Source: Leucoraja ocellata (Eukaryota). From it: a stretch of DNA of 64,000 bases. The notes beneath the pieces were generated by a model. It made no database searches and was not told where the DNA came from. It was given only the letters and a program-made list of their open reading frames with translations. Positions 11,250 to 25,199 of this stretch are shown here, in pieces. Each line of letters starts with the position of its first letter. Positions within the stretch are counted from its first letter, which is position 1. The position numbers and the translations under genes were made by a program. Where the stretch lies: assembly GCA_036785375.1 (NCBI GenBank), contig JAWMAR010000136.1:1612001-1676000 (forward strand). The letters are read 5' to 3'.

Positions 11250-12345
11250 AGGGCTAAGCCATTTAGAACAGAGACGACAAAACACTTTTTCTCACAGAGA
11301 GTTGTGAGTCTGTGGAATTCTCTGCCTCGGTGGAAGGCAGTGGAGGCCAGTTCTCTGGATGCTTTCAAGAGAGCGCTAGATAGGGCTCTTAAAGATAGCG
11401 GAGTCAGGAGATGTGGGGAGAAGGCAGGAACGGGATACTGATTGGGGATGATCAGCCATGATCACATTGAATAGCAGTGCTGGCTCGAAGGGCCGAATGG
11501 CCTACCCCTGCACCTAGTGTCTATTGTCTATTTATGAAATAGCTCCAGTGTTGAATTTGTTTTTTTATATTATAGACCATAGAAAATATAGCACAGCAAT
11601 ACTATATAATATTTTTTCATATGAATTGAAAATGTGTAGGGTGTGAATAGGAACAACATTCAATAATCTGGAAAAGTTGACAATCAACCAACTTTCAAAT
11701 TCCCAAGTGTGTCGGATAATCAGACTTTTACTTGGCTCCATATTTGTAGTTTTCTTGCTTTCAGAAAAACTGTTGCTACAGATGCTGCAGTTATCTGCAC
11801 TTTGATTTATGTTCTGAATCCTAGTGTAGTTCTTGCACCATCTGCTGGTCAAATATAAAACTGGATGGAGTTCAGAGAAGATTTACGAGGATGCTGCCGG
11901 GACTTGAGGTCCTCAGCTCGAGGGAGAGGTTGGAACTTTATTCCTTGGCTAGGAGCGTATATGGATGATAGATGATCTGATAGATAGATCGTATATACGA
12001 TCATGAGAGGAATAGATATGGTGAATGGACAGGATCTTTTACCCACAGTTGGGGAATCAAGAACCAGAGAACATATGTATAAGGTGAGAGAGAAAAGATT
12101 TTAATAGGAACCCGAGAGGCTACTTATTCACACACATGGTAGTGCGTTTCTGGAAGAAGCTGCCAGAGGAGGTAGTTGAAGCAGGTACGACAACAGTATT
12201 TGAAAGACATTTGGACAGGTACATGGTTGAAATGGTTTAGAGGGATATGGGCCAACATGGGCAGGTGAGACCAGTATAGATGGGGCATCTTCGTCGGCAT
12301 GGGTCAGTTGAGGTGAAGGGCCTGTTTCCGTGCTGTATGACTCCA
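11250..12345 (+). mobile_element. CR1 LINE 3' fragments (two)
   Basis: FFSQRVV..WNSLP-type coding remnants and CR1 3'UTR (gggccgaatggcct). Confidence 0.8.
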
Positions 12346-14074
12346 CGGCTCCACGGAAATTATGCCAATTTAGTAAACTCACCGGTATTGAGTTTAAGTT
12401 GAGAAACAAATAGCCAAAAACCTCCTTATATGGGCCTGGGATTGTTTGTAATGGAAAAATGTTTCTTAAGAATGTTGGATTTGAGAAGGTTGTCCAAAGC
12501 ATGAATAAATAAATTCCTCATTTGTCTTTATTTTAATGCCTCAGAAAATTGGTATCGAAATCAACTGGACATACGCACAAGCAGAAGAACACATTGCTCT
12601 CCATGTAAGAGCTATAATTGGAAATAATTCTACCGAAATAAGACCCTTACAAATGCATCAGTGATGGCTCCTGCATCCAGTGCCAATATGGAAATAGGTT
12701 TGATTTTGGGTCACCTTGAGTCGCCTCGGACAGTTCCAGAGTTGGTGGGCGATGACCTCAGGCAGGGTGTGTGCTTGATGAGAAGCATCTGATTCTTACA
12801 TGGTTACAATTGGGTTACAATTGGGGCCATGGATTCAGCGTGTAATGTTCACAGAGGCCACATAAGTGGAAGCTCGCAACCGGAAATGTCGCTTGTCCAT
12901 TACCACAGAGCTGCTGCCTGACCCGTTGAGTTATTCCATCACTTTGCGTTTTACTTAATTGGGATTGGTTCTCTGTAGATGAAATGTATTAATTTATTGA
13001 CACAGTGAATGTATTGGATCTGATGACACCATGAATTCAAGTAAAGAATGGATGAATCAAGGTATATGGGGAGAAGGCAAGCACGAGTTACTGATTGTGG
13101 ATGATCAGCCATGATCATAATGAATGGCGGTGCAGGCACAAAGGGCCAAATGGCCTCCTCCTACACCTATTTTTTTATGTTTCTATGTTTTCTCATGAGG
13201 CAATTCACGATGGATATTAAAAATGTGTATCGTCAAAGCAGTTTGCCTCAATTTCCGTACAATAGCTGGCTGTGCATTTTTCGACTCAATTTTTAAATTA
13301 ACACATCAAGGATTAGTCAATGAGCAAACCTTGAAACCACACACCTGACACCAGCTCAATGAACCATCTGTTACAGCTTTTTATCTTTAGAAAACAAACA
13401 CCTCTTAAGTAAAGCACAAAATGCAGGAGTAACTCGACAGTTCAGACAGCAGCTCTGGCGGGAATGGACTAGCAATCTTTTGGGTTAGGAACATTCAATC
13501 ATGTCTCAAAACTATATTTGATCTAAGGTAAGTAACAGATCAGATGTAATTTACAGCAGAGAAACAGACTCATGCATATTGGAGACAGAAGCAACAAAGG
13601 CTATACAAATGAATTAGTTCCTACCAAAGAAGTCCCAGTTGTATAATGTGGGAAAGTCTAACTTTGACCAGCCGACTCCTACTAACATGTGCAATTTACC
13701 CAGGATTTATTGAGGTTGTTAACATGACATTTAATATTGCTGATCACTGATTTCCACAATTCGGCATGGTGCAAAATAAGTCAATGCTCCTTTTAATCTG
13801 CTTAAGAGCAGCAATCAATAAATGCATTGTATATCACACACTCCTATGTACGTCAATCATTCCCTGCTTTATTATCCAGCTGTCGTGAGATTTCCAGTGC
13901 AAGCAAAATGCTGAGGACACTTACGCAACCTGAAAGGCCAATTTAGCTTTTCTCCGCAGATATTGCATGACTTGCTGAGTATTCCCAGCATTAGCTGGTT
14001 TTATTTCAGGTTACGAAATAAGTGGCAGGGTAATTATTTTAGAGTCATTCACAGGCCAATATTTTGAAAGTTTT

Positions 14075-14184
14075 TCTTGGAAGCTGCTAAATGATCTAAA
14101 GGAAATTGACCTCCCATAAACTGGACACCGTTTTATGGGAAGTCGTTATGAATTTCCTTCAGATCATTTAGCAGCATCCAAGGA
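14075..14184. repeat. ~110-bp imperfect inverted repeat (hairpin)
   Basis: cttggaagctgctaaatgatctaaaggaaatt...cccataaa pairs with tttatggga...aatttccttcagatcatttagcagcatccaag. Confidence 0.8.
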
Positions 14185-14609
14185 GCAAATCTTTCATTGC
14201 TGGAGGCCCCAGCCCAGTTGGTAAGTTGCAATATCTCTCAATATTTAGTAGTTCCAGAAATGAGAATTATGGAGGCAGTTGAAACACACAGAATACTGTG
14301 CCTTTGAATGATTTAAGTGACAAAAAGTACATTTCACTGACTGTTCTGACTCGTGTGAATTGAAACTGCTCGCTTCTCAGAACAGACGTTTCAGGTTGAC
14401 ATTCAAATATAACAAAACAATCCCACGCTGAACAATTCCCCAAAGAACATTTCAACTGCATTCAACCTGGGAGGCTATCAGGTTACTGACTTCAAATATC
14501 ACTTCTAAAACCCACACCAAAAGCACCTTGGCAGCTCAGGTTCTCGCTCTGAAACACTGTAAAATAACGAGTGATTCAAGGAAACAAGACTACCTTATTA
14601 GAAAATAGA

Positions 14610-15270
14610 AAAGTTTACGTAGGGACAGGAATCTTCTTGTGGCATTCTACGTCCAGCCATTAGTCACATGATGCAATTTGTAAAGGGGTGCGTACCTGAT
14701 ATAGCGCGGGGTTCATCATCATGGCAGGTCAAGCCTGTAACCTGCAGTGGTCTCAAATTCAGGCAAACATGCATGGGTTCAAGTATAACTCCTGGAATAA
14801 GGATTGTTGGAGTTAATGACAGAGTCCCTGAAATCCAATCATTTTCCTCATGATTGCAGATGCCAGCTCTGACACTAAGGTTTTTTTTCACGTGTGTACT
14901 GTTTATTGTGGGTGAAGGAGAGACACTACTGTACAGTGTTGCCGATATTAGTAGGTCATTTCCTCAGAGGTCTTTTCAAGTAATTTCCCATTTCTCAATT
15001 TTTTTCATAACCAGTGAGGTAATCTAAAAGAAGATGTTTTTTTCCAGTCATATATATTTCCTCAACTTCCAATACAGCAAAGTGTACAATGTCAATTTTT
15101 AATGTATGTTGACTCCAGGGCAATATTGGTGGACTGGTGAGTCTCCAAGTATTCTCCTTCTTAAGGAGATTCTTCAAATCTCCCTCTTAAGTTAAGAACA
15201 ATTAAAGACTTTCAAAAGCAATAGGAATGACACCAAGAAGTCCCAAAATAACAATACTATGAAAACTGTG
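14610..15270 (-). pseudogene. Possible decayed type II C-type lectin-like sequence
   Basis: Ordered frame-shifted motifs: hydrophobic VILGLLGVIPIAF, SEEMTY...HC, SELAS/NHEENDWI, CHDDEP...NC, WLDVECHKKIP. Confidence 0.25.
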
Positions 15271-15289
15271 TTCTCTACTGACATCATTA

Positions 15290-15535
15290 CATAGAAACAT
15301 AGAAATTAGGTGCAGGAGTAGGCCATTCGGCCCTTCGAGCCTGCACCGCCATTCAATATGATCATGGCTGATCATCCAACTCAGTATCCCGTACCTGCCT
15401 TCTCTCCATACCCTCTCATCCCCTTAGCCCCAAGGGCCACATCTAACTCCCTCTTAAATATAGCCAATGAACTGGCCTCGACTACCCTCTGTGGCAGAGA
15501 GTTCCAGCGATTCACCACTCTCTGTGTGAAAACTC
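15290..15535 (-). mobile_element. CR1 LINE 3' end
   Basis: FTQRVVNRWNSLPQRVVEA remnant with (ATAGAAAC)n tail. Confidence 0.85.
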
Positions 15536-18499
15536 TCTGCAAGGGACCCACAAAACAAATAGAATCTGACCAATAATTTCCAGCCAATTTTGAGAAATAC
15601 TTTTCATGACGTACTGTTCTGCTGGCATGGTTGTTGTTGGTGTGGACAGGAAACCACTGATTTGAGCTGATATCTAAACATCTCGAGTTGAATATGTTTC
15701 ACATCATTGTTATTTTTGATCACACTGCAATCCAGCGCTTCAAGGGCTTCCTCCAGTTGTTCCACCACATTAAACAAAAGAATGAATGTTAATTAAAATA
15801 GTTCATACTTTTGCTAACATGCTACAGTAGGAACAAAGCAACTTACGCTCCAATTGCATTCCAAGAAAGCCATCTGAAAGCACTTCACAAATCAGCAACA
15901 AATTGCTTTTGTGGAGTCGTCAATCATCATCAGCAGTGGTTGCTTCTTCTCTGTAGATGACAAGGCTCTCATCCACACTGGCTACATTTACAACACTGTT
16001 GTTCCCATGCTGTGTCCTCCCTCAAACATGGATAGAGTTCTCCTTGTCTTCACCAAAGAAATGTTATTGTTTTGTTTACTGGTGAGATGATGGAGAACTG
16101 TGCAGAGAAGGGTGGCCAGAAGCAGAATCATGTCATCTCATGTGGTTCAGCTTCTTAGTCAGACAGGAAGAAGAGTGAGAGACCGATAGTAATCAGGGAT
16201 TCAACTGTCCATGGCAGCCATTTGGAGGAAGTTGAGCAATCAGAAGTTGTGGTCTTCTGAAGCAAGGAGGATGAATTCCATTGTCCTATCTGGGACACAT
16301 GACAATAAACTCTCTTGACTTGAAGATGCAATGCATCAGAATAACGATCAATACCCTTGATGGGGAGATTTCTGTTGGGGTGGGTTTGAATATGCTTGGC
16401 AGGGGGATGGGAACCTTGGAGAGAATTCTGAAAGGAGAGAAACAAAACAGGACATGCAAGTTAGACAAGTATAAGTGAAATAAATAGGTACTGAAGCAAA
16501 GGCAATCAGCAAATTGGTTCAAAGCGAAAAAATATTCAAAAGATAAAATTAAAGGAGATATATCTCAATGCACACAGTATTTAGGTTTAGATTTAGGTTT
16601 ATTATTGTCAGGTGTGCTGAGGTACAGTGAAAAGATTTGTTTTGCATGCTATCCAATCAGATCAGATAATAGTATTCATAAATATAATCAAGCCAAATTC
16701 AGAAACAATAGGTCGAGCAAATGGGAAGATAGAGACTGCGAATACAGTTCCCAGCATTGTAGTGCATCAGTTCTAGAGACAACGTCCAATGTCTGAAATA
16801 GGGTCGAGGGGAATGGGCAGTATTCCTGGATGACACAGAAGCATGATAAGAAGTAGATGAACCGAATATTGGTTTGGTAATTGCCGATATGGAATTGTGA
16901 TTTCTGGTTGATAAAAGTTGCCAGCTTAATGTGCAAGGATATGCAGTAGGTAGAAGAGACAGCAAAAGATTTCCGCTTGTATTTCTGATTGCCTGAACCC
17001 AATTATTTTGCTTTTGATGGAAAATATGCGGTATTTCTGGAAATAGGCTAATGTTTATAGGGATGGTCGTGATGAAGAGTCTGCAACCTGAAACGCTAAC
17101 TTGTCCAAATATACAAGAGACTGTAGATACAGAAATATTGGGCAAAGTACTGGAGGAACTTAACAGGTCTGGTGACTTTCATTTCAGGACCATTCCACCT
17201 AAGAAAGTGTACGGACCTGAAAAGTTGCCTGTCCATTCCCTCTCAAGGTCTGCCTGAGACGCTGAGTTTCTCCAGCACATTTTGTTTTGTGTGGAGATAA
17301 GAGGAACTGCAGATGCGGGTTTATTGAAAAAGAAAGACAAAAAGTGCTGGAGTGACTCAGTGGGCCAGGCAGCATCACTGGAGAACATGAATAGGTGACA
17401 ATTTGCGTTGGGACTCTTCTTCCCGAAACAGCATCTCCAGTGTTCTCCAGTGATGCTGTCTGACCTCCTGAGTTACTCAAGCACTTTGTGTCTTTTTTTG
17501 GTGTTTTACTTCAACTGGATGCTCTTTCCACAGACGTTGTCCATGGAGCCACGTGCTTCCTGCATTTCTGTTAATGTTTATACAAAATCATGCTACACAG
17601 CTGTGTTTATTTTATAGGTGCCAGTTTGGAAAAGGCTTACTGATTACTTCCATTCACCCCCTTCAGCAGCCACAGACATCTCTCCAGTACAAGCCTCTCC
17701 CACAATAGATTAAACTGAATGTACGTCACTAGCATATTACAAATGTGTTAATAGCCTATAAGCATGAAAATAATAGGGTTAAGCATTGGTATAAACCAGT
17801 ATCTGCAGTTCCTTATTGTTACAGAATGACAGGGCGTGGAAGTGAGTGAACAGCTGTCAACTTAATTTGGAACACCCTCCAATTGCATTGACAAATTTAA
17901 ATAAATAATATCTTTATTGGTGATCTTCCGTGCAGCTTTGTTTTATTAGGACTATACTAATAGCCAATATTTATTTCATTAGAAAAAGCTAGAATAATAC
18001 TAAAATAGAGAATCGGACGTGGTGCAATATTAAAAACTTTAATTGAAGGGAAGATTTAAAAAATAAGCAGATGGAAATAAAGTGGTCAATAAAAGGGTGG
18101 TTTGTGAATGAAATGTGTTGGCAATCAGTTGTTGCTTTAGATAATGAAAAGCAGATTGAGATGACATATTTCAGTTAAAACCAGATACTCTGTTGATAAA
18201 TGAGGCATCATAGAAACAGAGAAAATAGGTGCAGGAGTAGGCCATTCGGCCCTTCGAGCCAACATCACCATTCAATATGAACATGGCTGATCATCCAAAA
18301 TCAGTACCCCCATTCCTGCATTCTCTTGATTCCATTAGCCTTGAGCTATATCTAACTCTCTATTGAAAACATCCAGTGAATTGGCCTCCACTGCCTTCTG
18401 TGGCAGAGAAGTATACAGATTCACAACTCTGGAATCTGCCCTCAAGTAAATTACATCGCGACAATGTTTCGAAAGGGAGCAGTAGAAGTCTCTCGATAA

Positions 18500-19058
18500 A
18501 GGGGCTGTCCCACTTGGGCGACCTAATCCGTGAGTTCTGGCGAGTTTGCCCTCGACTCATACTCTCAGCATGGTCGACACGAGGTCGTAGGAGATCTTTG
18601 TAACTCTCCTTCATGCTCGAGAGTAGTCCCCGTGTACTCGAGGCCTCAGCTGGGTCAGGGCATATTTTTCAACATTGAAAAATGCCCGCGAGTATAAAAA
18701 GGTCTCCATAGAAAAAATTGAATACTTTTTTTACTGGTAGGTTTAGTCGTAGTAGGTCGTAGTAGGTCGGCATGTTATTCGTAGGTAATCTAGGGTAGTC
18801 GAAGGTAATTGAATGTAGTCGTGGATAGACCATCATAGTCGAAGGGAGGTCGAAGGAGGTCGTCTTCACTCTCCACTATTCGGTGTCCAATTTTCCCGAA
18901 GTTAGTTGTAGCTAGTTGAAGCTAGTCTTCAACATAGTCGAAGGAGGTCGAAGGAGGTCTTCTACATAGTCAAAGGAGGTCTTCAGCATGACATTTTTTC
19001 AAACTCTCCTAATCTCTTCTAAACTCACCAATTAGGTTGCAGCAGTGGGACAGCCCCT
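18500..19058. mobile_element. PIF/Harbinger MITE
   Basis: TIRs AGGGGCTGTCCCACT / AGTGGGACAGCCCCT flanked by TAA target duplication. Confidence 0.85.
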
Positions 19059-20626
19059 TAACGCTGCCGCACACTAATCTTTTAACAACAGATTCATTCT
19101 TGACTCACTGGGACCCCACTCCATGCAACTTGGATTTCCACAATTTCTGCATCACAATACGACTCCACTTCAAAGGTGTGCAGCACATCGGAGAGTCCTG
19201 AAATCAAATTACACTTTTTACAGTCTTATTACGGAGGATATATAAACACAGGTATTGGACAAGCAGGTAGCAGATTCAATTTACATTAGAATGTGCAGTT
19301 TGCCCTTAAATCGGAAAGTAGGTTTTGCATAACTCTTCCTCATTGACCTTTAGCAAACAGTACTTCAACTCTCTTCTTACTTCCTGTCTGTATCCAGGTC
19401 ACCCATTTGATAAATGTTTTGGTCACTCGATGCCATAATGTTGACCTACTTTCCTTCTGTAATTAAAATAAATTGTAATTATAATTGCAATGAATTTATT
19501 AGCCAAGTAAGTAAGCATACAAGGATTTTGATTTGCCAACAGTCATACAAAAAAGCACCAAGATACATAGAACTACATAAAAATTAAACATAAACAGCCA
19601 CCACAATAACATATGAGAATCCGCAGGGCACACAGTAGAAGTGGAGACCCACAGCCATCAGTTCAATGTTCGAGTCACACACATCCGCTCCTTCACCGTG
19701 ATGTGACCAGAATTATTCTGACTGCTGTCACTCTCTCTACAGTCCCTGTCCGCCTGAACAGTCAGAAAACCGACCGCACTCACACCAGGCTCCGGGATGT
19801 CCTCATGGAGCCATGTCCCCGCAAATCACAGAGATCACGACACTCCCTCCGAGTTCCCACCAGTGTAGGCAGCAGGTCCATCTTGTATTTTTGGCAACCT
19901 CACAGTCCCCACTGTGATGGAAGGCAAATAGCTTATACCTTCTTTCTTCCTTTTCTCCAATGGTCGGGGCGATCGTAGCTCCCTCAATTGGGGCAGTCAA
20001 AGCTCCTACAGTTGGAGCTCTCCCAGTCGATCCCTAACAAAGGGACTGCCAGCTCCATGATGTTAATGCCGTAGTGTATGTAGATTTTAATTCAGAGGGT
20101 CTTCATTTTGAAGTCAGTTCAGGGGAAGTATGCATCTATAATGTTAGAACAATAAACGTCAATAACTTCTTAGTGTGTGCTCTCTGTTATCGACTAAGTT
20201 AACTACATGCCGAGTATAAACAAAATACTGCTTCAAGTCCATATTTCTAAAAGCTTTTTAAAATTTAGTTTAATTACTATTTCCATATGTATAAGATATA
20301 GTCAAAAATTTTGTTTTTGGTCAATTTCTTTTACAGTTGACCATCTTTATTAATGAAAGCACAGTCTGCCCAAAGACATTGCTGCAATGTGAATGGTAGA
20401 TAAAATTAATCTTAGGTTCCTGATATGACAATGAGCAGAAGCAATCACAAACTCACTCTGTGGCAGTCTGGAAAATAAATCAGATGCTGCGTGTGTTACC
20501 TACCTGCCTGCCATGTTGTGATAATCCCATAACTTTATATATCATTGGCATAATCACAACTGATCTAGACCAAGAACGGATTCAATGAGTTAAAGAATCC
20601 TTACAGCCTCACTGGACCTTCGAAAG

Positions 20627-21492
20627 CCGATTCCGATTCAGATTCCGATTCAGATTCAATTTTAATTGTCATTGTCAGTGTACAGTACAGAGACAACGAA
20701 ATGCATTTAGCATCTCCCTGGAAGAGCGACATAGCAAACGATTTGAATAAATAATAATAAGTGTCCGGGGGGGGGGGGGGGGGGGGTGGTGATTGGCAGT
20801 CACCGAGGTACGTTGTTGAGTAGAGTGACAGCGGCCGGAAAGAAGCTGTTCCTCGACCTGCTGGTTCGGCAACGGAGAGACCTGTAGCGCCTCCCGGATG
20901 GTAGGAGGGTAAACAGTCCATGGTTGGGGTGAGAGCAGTCCTTGGCGATGCTGAGCACCCTCCGCAGACAGCGCTTGCTTTGGACAGACTCAATGGAGGG
21001 GAGCGAGGAACCGGTGATGCGTTGGGCAATTTTCACCACCCTCTGCAATGCCTTCCGGTCGGAGACAGAGCAGTTGCCATACCATACTGTGATGCAGTTG
21101 GTAAGGATGCTCTCGATGGTGCAGCGGTAAAAGTTCACCAGGATCTGAGGAGACAGATGGACCTTCTTCAGTCTCCTCAGGAAGAAGAGACGCTGATGAG
21201 CCTTCTTGATCATAGTAGAGGTATTGTGGGTCCAAGAGAGGTCATCGGAGATGTTGACTCCCAAGAACCTGAAGCTAGAAACACGTTCCACCTCCGTCCC
21301 GTTAATGTGGATGGGGGTGTGCGTGCCGCCTCTGGACTTCCTGAAGTCTACAATGAGCTCCTTGGTTTTCTTGGAGTTAAGGGCCAGGTTGTTGTCAGCG
21401 CACCATGCTGCTAAGTGCTGGACCTCCTCCCAGTAGGCCAGCTCATCGTTGTTGCTGATGAGGCCAATCACCGTTGTATCATCTGCATACTT
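20627..21492 (-). mobile_element. L2/Rex1-clade LINE 3' fragment with RT C-terminal ORF
   Basis: YADD(T) at about 21490 followed by open ORF 20800..21471 (LALNSKKTKELIVDFR, FLGV.I, RLFFLRRL). (GAATCT/GAATCG)n tail. Confidence 0.88.
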
Positions 21493-22285
21493 CCATCACC
21501 ACACCTTATTCTTAAGGGGCAATATCTCATAATGGGTGATGGAAATTGATCCACAGTTAAAGTCAAGAGCGTTTATTTATCATCTCAACCACTTATGAAC
21601 TAGAACAATGAAAATCTTACTTGTGGCTGCATTACAGGCACATTACATACAATAAAAAATTATTGGCCTGCAGATTTTTGTGTCACCATTTGCCCACCCA
21701 CCACTGATGCTCACATCCATCCTCATGTAGTGTATAATGGAAACACAAGAGACTGGGGATGCTGGCATCTGGAGCAATAAACAAACTGCTGGAGGAATTC
21801 AATGGGTCAGGCAGCATCTGTGGAAGCAAAAGGATGGTCGACATTGCGGGTTGAGACTTTGCTGGTGTAACGTAATGTCTTTCCTTTGCAGTCAGTCGCA
21901 AAAAGCATTATTTAGTTATTGAAGGAATACATTCCTCCATTGCATGCAATCATAATTATCTTCCTTCTGACGTTGTGGAAGGCAGCGCAAAGTTCCATGG
22001 AGAATTGAAGAATCAGAAATCAACATGTAGCCATTTGTATTGGGGAGAAGGCAAATTTAAATGGACCTTGGGCTATTCTTACTAGACAATTAATGTACTT
22101 TTTTTTAACGGAATATGTTGAAAATATGTTTATTTTGTTCAAAATTTCATATCATAGAAATATATGATAAAAGTTCACCAATTTAATGAACAAAACAACT
22201 GGCATTCACATCAATATTTTCTGTCTTAAAATCTGTTCTAAGCGTTGCCACCACACCAAGGAACATGCTTAAATACCAGCATTTA

Positions 22286-22459
22286 CAGTGCATTCAGAAA
22301 GTAGTCAGACTTTTATTTTCAGTATTCAGTATTTTATTATGGGGTATTGTGTGTAGATTGATGATAAAAAAAAAATAATTTAATCAATTTTTGAATAAGG
22401 ATGTAACGTAACAAGATGTGGAAAAAATGAAGGGTTCTGAATACTTTCCGAATGCACTG
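22286..22459. mobile_element. Tc1/mariner-type MITE just upstream of the gene B leader
   Basis: TIRs CAGTGCATTCAGAAAGTA / TACTTTCCGAATGCACTG, TA on the left flank. Confidence 0.75.
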
Positions 22460-22594
22460 TGCATCCTTTCTAATTGTACGTGGTCAGATGTGTCTCTTCA
22501 ACCACTGTGACCACGATGAAACTGAACTGATCACGCGAGGATATAATGCACAAGAGAATTCTGTGACAGTTGGATATTGTGAAGTTTGAAAGAA

Positions 22595-22676
22595 ATGTAC
22601 CAAATTAAGGGAATGTTGGCAGGAAACACTTTATTGCAACTGATGGTGTTCCTACTGGAGCAGAGATACTCAACAG
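22595..22676 (+). CDS. Gene B exon 1: probable signal peptide (MYQIKG-MLAGNTLLQLMVFLLEQRYST-G)
   Basis: In-frame ATGs at 22595 and 22613, hydrophobic core, phase-1 donor ACAG|gtcagt. Joins in frame to GVPLITELTQP. Confidence 0.6.
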
Positions 22677-25199
22677 GTCAGTGTCTTGGTTAATATCCTT
22701 CTTTTAGCTTGTGTATTGTGGAATCAGCTCATAGATTGAAATGATCACAAAAATTTAACAAAAGCCAAAGTGTTAGGTGTGTGATTTAATCAGCCTGTGG
22801 GGAGATTTACAGAAGCTGATGATGGCTCGAAGCAGCTTAGATCTCCGGAGCAGGGATCTGAGCAGCTTGCCTCTATCTTGGCTGAGGCATCATGTCAGGA
22901 CAGTTGGAGAAGGTAGGTTGCCATTTTGTCAGTTCATTGGCTGTGGCTGCATGACTAAGATAATTTGCAATGCAAAATGTCTGAATTTTAATGAAAATTT
23001 GGTGAGATTTTATTTACTTGGTTGAACCTCAGAATGAATTAAAGGTTTGAATTTAATTAAAAACATTCAGATTATCCTGCTTTGAACAGAGAAAGCTAAA
23101 ACATGAGCTGTTCAATAATTGTGGGGGGAGTTTACAGATTTTACAGATTAAATGGCAAATAATTAATTAGGGTATTAATAATTAAATTAGTGAGCTATTA
23201 TGATGCATTTCTATGGAATTAATTTTTAAAGAAAACATTATTAATTTTAAACAATTTCACTGCGATATTGAGAGCATGCAAAAACCATTCACCAATAACT
23301 GACTGCTTCAAAAACCAGTACAGGAAATGTCTAATAAGAACAGCCTAAGGTTTCTGAAGAAGGGTCTCGACCCAAAACGGTCACCCATTCCTTCTCTGCA
23401 GATGTGCTGCCTGTCTCGCTGAGTAACTCCAGCATTTTGTGTCCACCTTCGATTTAAACCAGCATCTGCAGTTCTTTCCAACACACCTAAGGTCCATTTA
23501 GCTTGCCTTCTACCCAATCCAAATGGCTGCAGGTCCATTTCTGATTCTTCAGTTCTCCACAAAGTTGTGTGCTATCTTCCACAAGGAAGAAGAAAGTGGC
23601 TTTCCCTGAAGATTGAGATTTCAGAACATCGATCAGAGGTGATGATGCAATGCGAGTTTTACTTGTTATAATGTTGAGTGAAACAACATGGAAACAAACC
23701 CTTCACTTCATCAGGTCCACCCCAATAATAAAGATCCTATTCCTAAAATGATCCTCCTGTAAACCACTTTATTTGCCACATCAGCTACCCAGTCCCCATT
23801 CTATATTCTACCATTCATCTACACCCAGGGGACAAGGTGTGGATTAATGGTGGAATCATCTACCACTGATCTATATCCTGTGACCATTTAACCAAGTAAT
23901 CCACACTAATATAAAAACAAGAAGCCCATTGAGTCAGGCTGTATCCCGTGGAAAGTGAAACGGTCAATGTTTTGGGCCTTCAACTCTTTTATTAAAACTG
24001 CAAAAAGTTGTCAATGAAACATTGCCTTTATTTTCGCTGATGCTGCCTGACCTGCTTAGTTTTTCAAGCACTTTTTATTTCAGATTTTCAAGAACTTACA
24101 TGCAAATTCCAGACTCAAGAGGCTTTTATTTGTCGTGTGAACAATTTATGAATGGAACAATTACATTTTTACTTCAACAGGCACATTAAATGCAATTAAA
24201 AAATAAATGTACCATTAATTATTAGTGATTGAACTGATAATTAAAGTGGATCATAGTCATCTAAACAAATCATCCATAATCATGCAAAGTCCGTTGTAGG
24301 AAGGAACTGTAGATGCTAGATTAAACCAAAGATAGACACAAAATGCTGGAGTAACTCAACAGGACAGGCAGCATCTATGGAGAGAAGGAATAGGTGATGT
24401 GTATTGGCTGAGAGTTTAATTAGCACCAGGGACATTCAGAACCAGAGAAGGATTCAACTCCTGCTGCAAGAGAGTACAATGATTAGATATTTTAAGTTAT
24501 AATGTACATTTTTTCAAAAAATATTATGGCATTTATTAAAAGCTACAATAAAAGTTAGAAGTGGATATTTTTAAGGGGGTGATTGACAGATTCTTGATTA
24601 AAATGTGTGTCAGGCTATATATGCAGAAGGCAGGAGAAAGAGGTTGAGGGAGAGAGATAGAGCAGCCATGATTGAATGGCAGTGGTGGGCTGAACGGCCT
24701 TAATCTACTATTACTTACGAATTTATGATGTTAGCAGTCACTTCTGAACTTGAAGTAATTATCAGCCAAGGATCATAATAGCAACATTCGGATACCTCTG
24801 ATGGTGTCACAAATGAAACAAATTCAGGCAGAATATTGCATCACAAACCAACATAACATTAAATCTGAAAAAGGTAAATATATTATTTAAGAAAAATAAT
24901 TGATACAATGGAAAGCCAATCTTCAATTCAGACCCTCCTACCCTATCTGGTTTGATCTCCCCATCATCCACACCTTTGCCCATTGTACCATCTATCACTT
25001 GGTCTGAAGAAGGGTTTCGGCCCTTCGTTGCCTATTTCCTTTGCTCCATAGATTTAAAAATAATTGATGCAATGGGAAGCCAATGTTAAACCTGCTGAGT
25101 TTCTCCTGCATTTTTGTGTACGTGCCATCTGTCACTGGCAGGACCTGCAGTTCCTTGTTTCAAACAAATACATCTGGGCTGAGTATTGAGCTCTGTATT

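Noticed and set aside
11094-12604. Plus-strand exon-like segments (from 11094; 12545-12604)
   Set aside because: Splice-like signals are present, but there is no recognisable product or coherent gene model.
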